Assembly: GCA_964602865.1 (NCBI GenBank)
Contig: CAZRSX010000003.1
Span: 1,288 to 65,287, forward strand
Length of the DNA: 64,000 nt
Origin: an uncultured Candidatus Saccharibacteria bacterium
GTDB lineage: Bacteria; Patescibacteriota; Saccharimonadia; Saccharimonadales; JAGQNJ01
Direction of reading: 5' to 3'
How positions within the stretch are numbered: position 1 is the first letter of the stretch; each line of letters begins with the position of its first letter. Below, piece by piece: positions 59,588-64,000 of the stretch. A program made the position numbers and the translations under genes. Under the pieces are notes generated by a model, which was given only the letters and a program-made list of their open reading frames with translations, had not been told where the DNA came from and did no database searches.

Positions 59588-62107
59588 TTAGATTCTGCTG
59601 GCTTGCAATGTCTTTTTGGCAGCCGCAGCAATGCTATCCAGCAGCTTGTTAGTTTCGTCAGTCGTCAGCGTACGCTCGTAATGCGTCAGCGTGATGCGCA
59701 GACTGATGTGTTTATGCGTGGCGTCTTTGTCGGATTGGTAGATATCAACTGGCGTGACTATATATTGATAGCCGTGGTTTTTCTCGGCGTCTGCGAGCGT
59801 TGTTTGAACCGTGTCAAACAACTGTTTGTAGGTGGTGGTTTTGGCAAGCTTAAAGGTAATATCCTGCTCAGTCGATGGGAAGCGTGACAGTGGCTGATAC
59901 CTTTGCGAACGAGCTAGTGTGGCAAGCCGCGCGATGTCCAGCTCGAACCCGGCGGTAAAGCGCGGCAATTTGAGGTTTTGGCGCACTTCTGCACGCAGTT
60001 CGCCAATTTCACCAATAAATTCGCCGTCTTTGGTTTTGATAAGCGCCGAGCGCTTTTTCTCAAACGGCGCAATTGCCGCCTGGGCGACCGCCTGCTTCGG
60101 ACTATAATGTTCGGCTGGCTCGAAAACACTTTCGATACCTAAGCGTAAGAGCAAATGCTGCACATATTTTTGCGCTTGGTAGTACGGTGCGCCGTTATAG
60201 GCTTTTGCCGCTTTGTCACTTGCGGCGAATACAAACGCCAGTCGCTGGTCTTCAATCGGCAGTTTTTCTTTGTCGACAAAGCCTTTGACATGCACCGGAT
60301 TCATCTCAAACAATGCAAACTCGTTGTGCCCTGCCTTGATGTTGGGGTGGATTTTCTCCAGCAGGCTCGGCAGCAGGCTCGTGCGGTAATACTGCAAATC
60401 AGGCGACAAGGCATTACTGAGCTGATAAGCGTCGTCCGGGTTTTGGCCAACTTTTTTCATGAGGTTGCCGTGCACAAAGCTGTAGGTCAACACTTCGTTG
60501 GCACCACTGTTGCTGAGTACGGCGCGAATGCGTTTTTTGACGTCTCGCAAGGCATTGTTCGGCGATGGCTCGACGCTGCGCATCGGTAATTCCAGCGGCA
60601 GGTGGTCATAACCATACAAACGGCCGACTTCTTCAACAATGTCTTCGGCAATCTCGATATCCGTTCGCCAAAACGGCGCGCTCACTGACAACGCGTCGTT
60701 AGTATGCTCAACATGAAACTCAACATTTTTGAGAAGCCTCGTAATGTCTGTACTGCTCAGCGCCAGACCCAGGCGCTCATTGATGAAACTCGGCGTTACT
60801 GCAACTGGCGGCCAGTAGTTTTTGGCGTGCTCCGGGCTGGTATCAACAATCTCACCGGCCACTTCAGCGCTGGCGTGCTTTTGCAGCATACCGGCCGCAT
60901 ACGACAGCACGATGTCGTTTTGCATCGGGCTTTGGCCTTTGTTGAAGCGCGTCACCGCGTCGGTAAACAGCCCGTGCGCCATGCTGGTTTTACGGATACT
61001 GTACATGTCAAAATTGGCACACTCCAAGATAATGTTCGTCGTATCAGCGTCAACTTCAGTGTCCGTGCCGCCCATGATACCGCCCACGCCAATGAGCCTG
61101 GTGCTGCTGGCAATCATCATGGCGTCACCACGCGGCTCAATCGTTTTGCCGTTCAGTAGTGCTATTTTTTCGTTCTTGGCTGGCTTTCGCACCACAATGG
61201 TGGCATGCTTGGCACTATCCTGAGCCGCCACTTTATCGTAATCATAGGCGTGCAACGGCTGCGCGGTCAGCACCATCACGAAGTTCGTGATATCCACCAC
61301 GTTGTTGATGGATTTTATGCCCACACGCGTCAGGTAACTCTGCATGGTAATCGGCGACTTGGTGACTTTGACACCACTCATCGGCACCGCCATAAAACGC
61401 GGCACTAGTTTTGGTATGTCGTTTTTGACCGTGAGCTTGAGGGCTGTGTCGCCTTTTTTGAGCTTGTCAAAGCCCTGCGCGTACCAATCGGGCGAGGTAA
61501 ACTTCACCTGGCTGATGCCGGCGATTTCACGCGCCACGCCCAAGATGCCGAAGCAGTCCGGGCGATGGGTAAACATCTTGTTTTCAACCTCAATAATATA
61601 GTCGTCCAGGTCATACACGTCGGCAAGCGGCGTGCCGGGTTTTGCCGGTTTGTCCAAGATTAAAATGCCGTCGTGGTCGTCATTGATCGCCAGTTCTTTG
61701 CCGCTGGCCAGCATGCCGTTACTATCCACGCCGCGAAGCGGTCGCACGTCCAGCCTGAACTGCTCGCCGTCAAAGGTACTTGGCACAATCGCGCCGGGCG
61801 GTATCCAGGCCACCGTGATGCCGGCTCGCACATTTGGCGCCCCGCAAACCACCTGCACCAAGCCTTTGCTATCGCGTTTGACCTTTTTGTTAGCACCGCC
61901 GTCATCAATTTTGCAGACGTTCAGCTTGTCGGCGTTGGGGTGTTTTGTGCACGAGACAACTTTGGCTACCGTTACGTCTTTGTAGCGTTCACCCAAGCTT
62001 ATAACTTCTTCAACTTCTCCCAGTTGCGCGCCAATTTTTTTCACCAATTCGTCAACAGAAACCTTGACGCTCGTAAATTCCCTCACCCAATTCAAACTAA
62101 TTTTCAT
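59588..62107 (-). CDS. pheT: phenylalanine--tRNA ligase beta subunit
   Basis: 839 aa. N-terminal tRNA-binding OB domain (MKISLNWVREF...HPNADKL), B3/4, B5 and FDX-ACB-like C-terminal regions. Confidence 0.92.
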   Translation of the reverse strand: MKISLNWVREFTSVKVSVDELVKKIGAQLGEVEEVISLGERYKDVTVAKVVSCTKHPNADKLNVCKIDDGGANKKVKRDSKGLVQVVCGAPNVRAGITVAWIPPGAIVPSTFDGEQFRLDVRPLRGVDSNGMLASGKELAINDDHDGILILDKPAKPGTPLADVYDLDDYIIEVENKMFTHRPDCFGILGVAREIAGISQVKFTSPDWYAQGFDKLKKGDTALKLTVKNDIPKLVPRFMAVPMSGVKVTKSPITMQSYLTRVGIKSINNVVDITNFVMVLTAQPLHAYDYDKVAAQDSAKHATIVVRKPAKNEKIALLNGKTIEPRGDAMMIASSTRLIGVGGIMGGTDTEVDADTTNIILECANFDMYSIRKTSMAHGLFTDAVTRFNKGQSPMQNDIVLSYAAGMLQKHASAEVAGEIVDTSPEHAKNYWPPVAVTPSFINERLGLALSSTDITRLLKNVEFHVEHTNDALSVSAPFWRTDIEIAEDIVEEVGRLYGYDHLPLELPMRSVEPSPNNALRDVKKRIRAVLSNSGANEVLTYSFVHGNLMKKVGQNPDDAYQLSNALSPDLQYYRTSLLPSLLEKIHPNIKAGHNEFALFEMNPVHVKGFVDKEKLPIEDQRLAFVFAASDKAAKAYNGAPYYQAQKYVQHLLLRLGIESVFEPAEHYSPKQAVAQAAIAPFEKKRSALIKTKDGEFIGEIGELRAEVRQNLKLPRFTAGFELDIARLATLARSQRYQPLSRFPSTEQDITFKLAKTTTYKQLFDTVQTTLADAEKNHGYQYIVTPVDIYQSDKDATHKHISLRITLTHYERTLTTDETNKLLDSIAAAAKKTLQASRI

Positions 62108-62832
62108 TTTAGTGTAAATCCTCCATCAACAGCTAAGACCTGCCCAGTTATAAATGAAGCATCCTCCGATAATAAGAAAGTGATCGCGGAAGCAATCTCT
62201 TCTGGTTTGCCCAAGCGCTTGATAATCGACAGATCTGTTGTCCAGCTTGGATCTTCCCCGGTGCTTTTTGTGAGTGGCGTATCAATCAAACCGGGTGCAA
62301 TTGCGTTGACACGCACTAGCGGATCTTTGTATTTGCGTGCGAACGACTTAGTGAGCGATATAATACCGGCTTTTGTAGCAGAATAGATAACTCCATAAGG
62401 CTCGCCAATAATACCGTCCACCGAAGTAAGCACGACAATAGCACCGTCTTTTGATGAGTCTTGTATAAGCCCACCTATAGTTTTAAGTGTGTGGAAGGTC
62501 CCCTTAAGGTTAACATCGATAGTACGGTTGATGTTTTCGTCACTAATATCGTCAATACCCGCAGGCAATGGCAACACTCCTGCATTAGCAACCAGACAAT
62601 CAAGCTTGCCAAATTCCCCATGAATAAATTCTTTTAGGTCGTCCACTGTCTGCTTGTTTGCAATATCGGCCGCGAAGAAACGAACTCGTGATTTATCTTC
62701 AAATTTATCTACGATATTTTTGTCGCTATCATTTGGTGAGTTGAGAACAACTGCCATACCGGCATCATATAAACGTTGAGCGGCCGCCAAACCTATGCCA
62801 CTTGTTGAACCAGTTACAACTGCGATTTTCAT
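62104..62832 (-). CDS. short-chain dehydrogenase/reductase (SDR)
   Basis: 242 aa. TGSTSGIG cofactor motif, NAG, and YSATKAG catalytic motif. The stop overlaps the pheT start (ATGA). Lower GC than pheT. Confidence 0.88.
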   Translation of the reverse strand: MKIAVVTGSTSGIGLAAAQRLYDAGMAVVLNSPNDSDKNIVDKFEDKSRVRFFAADIANKQTVDDLKEFIHGEFGKLDCLVANAGVLPLPAGIDDISDENINRTIDVNLKGTFHTLKTIGGLIQDSSKDGAIVVLTSVDGIIGEPYGVIYSATKAGIISLTKSFARKYKDPLVRVNAIAPGLIDTPLTKSTGEDPSWTTDLSIIKRLGKPEEIASAITFLLSEDASFITGQVLAVDGGFTLK

Positions 62833-62854
62833 TTGGACCTCCTCAACGATGTGA

Positions 62855-63583
62855 TCATTTCTTTTTCCTTATCTGGAATAGTAGATTATCACACTCAATC
62901 TGTGCTGTAGATATCGCTGCAATCATCCGCTCTGGTTCAACAACGTGAAGACCAGGTTTTCTAATGGGGTCTGCGACCAGAAAGTTTCCTTTTTCATCGT
63001 ATCCGTAAATAACCACGCTATGATTCCATGTTCTGCCATTGATATCATCTTTGACGGACTTTTTTTCATCAAAATTACTAGTACGGCCGCGACCATATAA
63101 TGTATTGAAGCAAAGGCATGGTAATACTGGGCCTTCTGCCAATAATTCATAGAGGAGTTTGGTATTAACGGCGGGCTGAATATAAAGTTCTCCATCTGCT
63201 TTCAAGAAATCAATGTATGCTTGTGCATACGCAACTGTCCATACCTTTTCTAGGGCAGGAACAATCCATCCGTCCTTACGAGCTTTCAGTCGTTCACATA
63301 GTTTTTCTTTTGACAACTCTGCCCAGGATTGATCAATAACTTGACAATCGAATGTGTAAAGTGCGACATCGTAGCCAAGTGAAATGCACCAAGTAGCCAT
63401 TTGTTGGTTGATTGTACCGAATGGTTCACCGTCTTCGCTGTAAACCTGAGGCACCTTGCTTGATATTTCATCAACAGAAATATCCTCATTGTAGTAGTCC
63501 AGCATCATACTTAAAGCAGTGGGGCTACAAGTTGTGTTTGTAGGCTGATACTGGTGTTTTATTTTGTACTGAACGCTTTTCAT
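62855..63583 (-). CDS. peptidase C39-like (papain-fold cysteine peptidase) domain protein
   Basis: ORF track starts at a GTG at 63592. The ATG at 63583 has a GAGGTGG SD. Q-x5-C (QPTNTTCSPTALSMML) and a distal His (WNHSVVIYGYDEKGNFLVADP) match the C39-like Gln/Cys/His arrangement. Confidence 0.65.
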   Translation of the reverse strand: MKSVQYKIKHQYQPTNTTCSPTALSMMLDYYNEDISVDEISSKVPQVYSEDGEPFGTINQQMATWCISLGYDVALYTFDCQVIDQSWAELSKEKLCERLKARKDGWIVPALEKVWTVAYAQAYIDFLKADGELYIQPAVNTKLLYELLAEGPVLPCLCFNTLYGRGRTSNFDEKKSVKDDINGRTWNHSVVIYGYDEKGNFLVADPIRKPGLHVVEPERMIAAISTAQIECDNLLFQIRKKK

Positions 63584-63598
63584 GCAAACCACCTCAAA

Positions 63599-64000
63599 CT
63601 AATTTTCATTGTTTATCCACTCCGCAATCTTTTGATAATAATCCTTGAGCTGCTCTTCTGTCACGTCGCTTTCATTAAATCCATGTTTGAAACCAGGGGC
63701 TTCCCACGTATCCGCCCCGAAGGCATCCGCAAACGGCTTGGTCGCAACAGGCGGGCACACCGTATCAAACTCGTGCGTCACAACCAGCGCCCGGCCATTT
63801 ACAGAATCGGCGTGCGTAAAAAGCCAGTGGTCAACATAGCTCTGAGGGTTGTTGCGGTATTCTCTAGAATGAGCATCTTTTATATCTCCAATTTTGGTAT
63901 ACAGCGTTTCTTCTGGATAGCTTGCCGGCACCCGGAAAATTATATGTTGGAACGACCGAAATTTTGTCAGATATGCCGCATGAAATCCACCATAACTTGT
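63599..64000 (-). CDS. alpha/beta hydrolase, 5'-truncated by the window edge
   Basis: The reading frame stays open upstream of the listed GTG to the window end. My translation of 63932..64000 gives ...TSYGGFHAAYLTKFRSFQHIIFR, containing a GxSxG-type nucleophile elbow (SYGG). A late His sits in GFKHGF. Confidence 0.65.
   Translation of the reverse strand, partial: TSYGGFHAAYLTKFRSFQHIIFRVPASYPEETLYTKIGDIKDAHSREYRNNPQSYVDHWLFTHADSVNGRALVVTHEFDTVCPPVATKPFADAFGADTWEAPGFKHGFNESDVTEEQLKDYYQKIAEWINNEN

Noticed and set aside
1-64000. Alternative genetic code (UGA recoding as in some CPR lineages)
   Set aside because: TGA terminates several well-defined genes at the expected length, for example the GT2 gene (ATGA overlap at 33124..33127), tktN, the SDR, and the protease. 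Conserved proteins are full length under the standard code.

Overview
Gene-dense bacterial chromosome segment with about 63 protein-coding genes, roughly 50 of them on the minus strand. I found no rRNA, tRNA, CRISPR array, transposase or integrase. Stop-codon use fits the standard code, since TGA clearly terminates genes. Most of the content is housekeeping. Replication and repair: recG, radA, dnaE, uvrB, rnhB, yraN. Translation: tyrS, pheT, gatCAB, rplS, rsmD, a SpoU-type methyltransferase. Proteostasis and redox: clpC, an FKBP isomerase, trxB, a glutaredoxin/NrdH-like redoxin. Envelope and pilus: a class A PBP, pilB, a prepilin-like protein, and a galU plus Gtr-like glycosylation module. One tightly packed sugar-phosphate operon reads gap-rpiB-rpe-split tkt-fba-pfkB. 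The tiny intergenic spacers, split transketolase, type IV pilus genes and many lineage-specific orphan proteins suggest a reduced Patescibacteria (CPR), Saccharibacteria-like genome. That assignment is inference only. Items most worth a second look: (1) a perfect CIRCE (HrcA) operator overlapping a consensus-like promoter of clpC rather than a chaperonin operon; (2) about 20 genes with a -10 box (often TGGTAnnnT) 6-11 nt before the start codon and no Shine-Dalgarno sequence, alongside a second class of genes with leaders and a strong SD; (3) a low-GC GT2/GtrA/GT-C glycosylation cassette divergent from galU; (4) an unknown membrane protein translationally coupled inside gatC-gatA-X-gatB; (5) an unknown 418-aa protein coupled to a TIGR00725/LOG-like (SLOG) protein; (6) a redoxin-unknown-trxB operon with NrdR-box-like palindromes over its promoter and a structured leader carrying an anti-SD; (7) a self-contained promoter-SD-ORF-terminator unit for a 74-aa Pro/Ala/Glu repeat protein; (8) a low-GC accessory block (SDR, C39-like peptidase, alpha/beta hydrolase) where pheS would normally sit upstream of pheT. 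I cannot tell from sequence alone which of these, if any, is a genuinely new system. All functional calls rest on motifs read by eye in the supplied translations.
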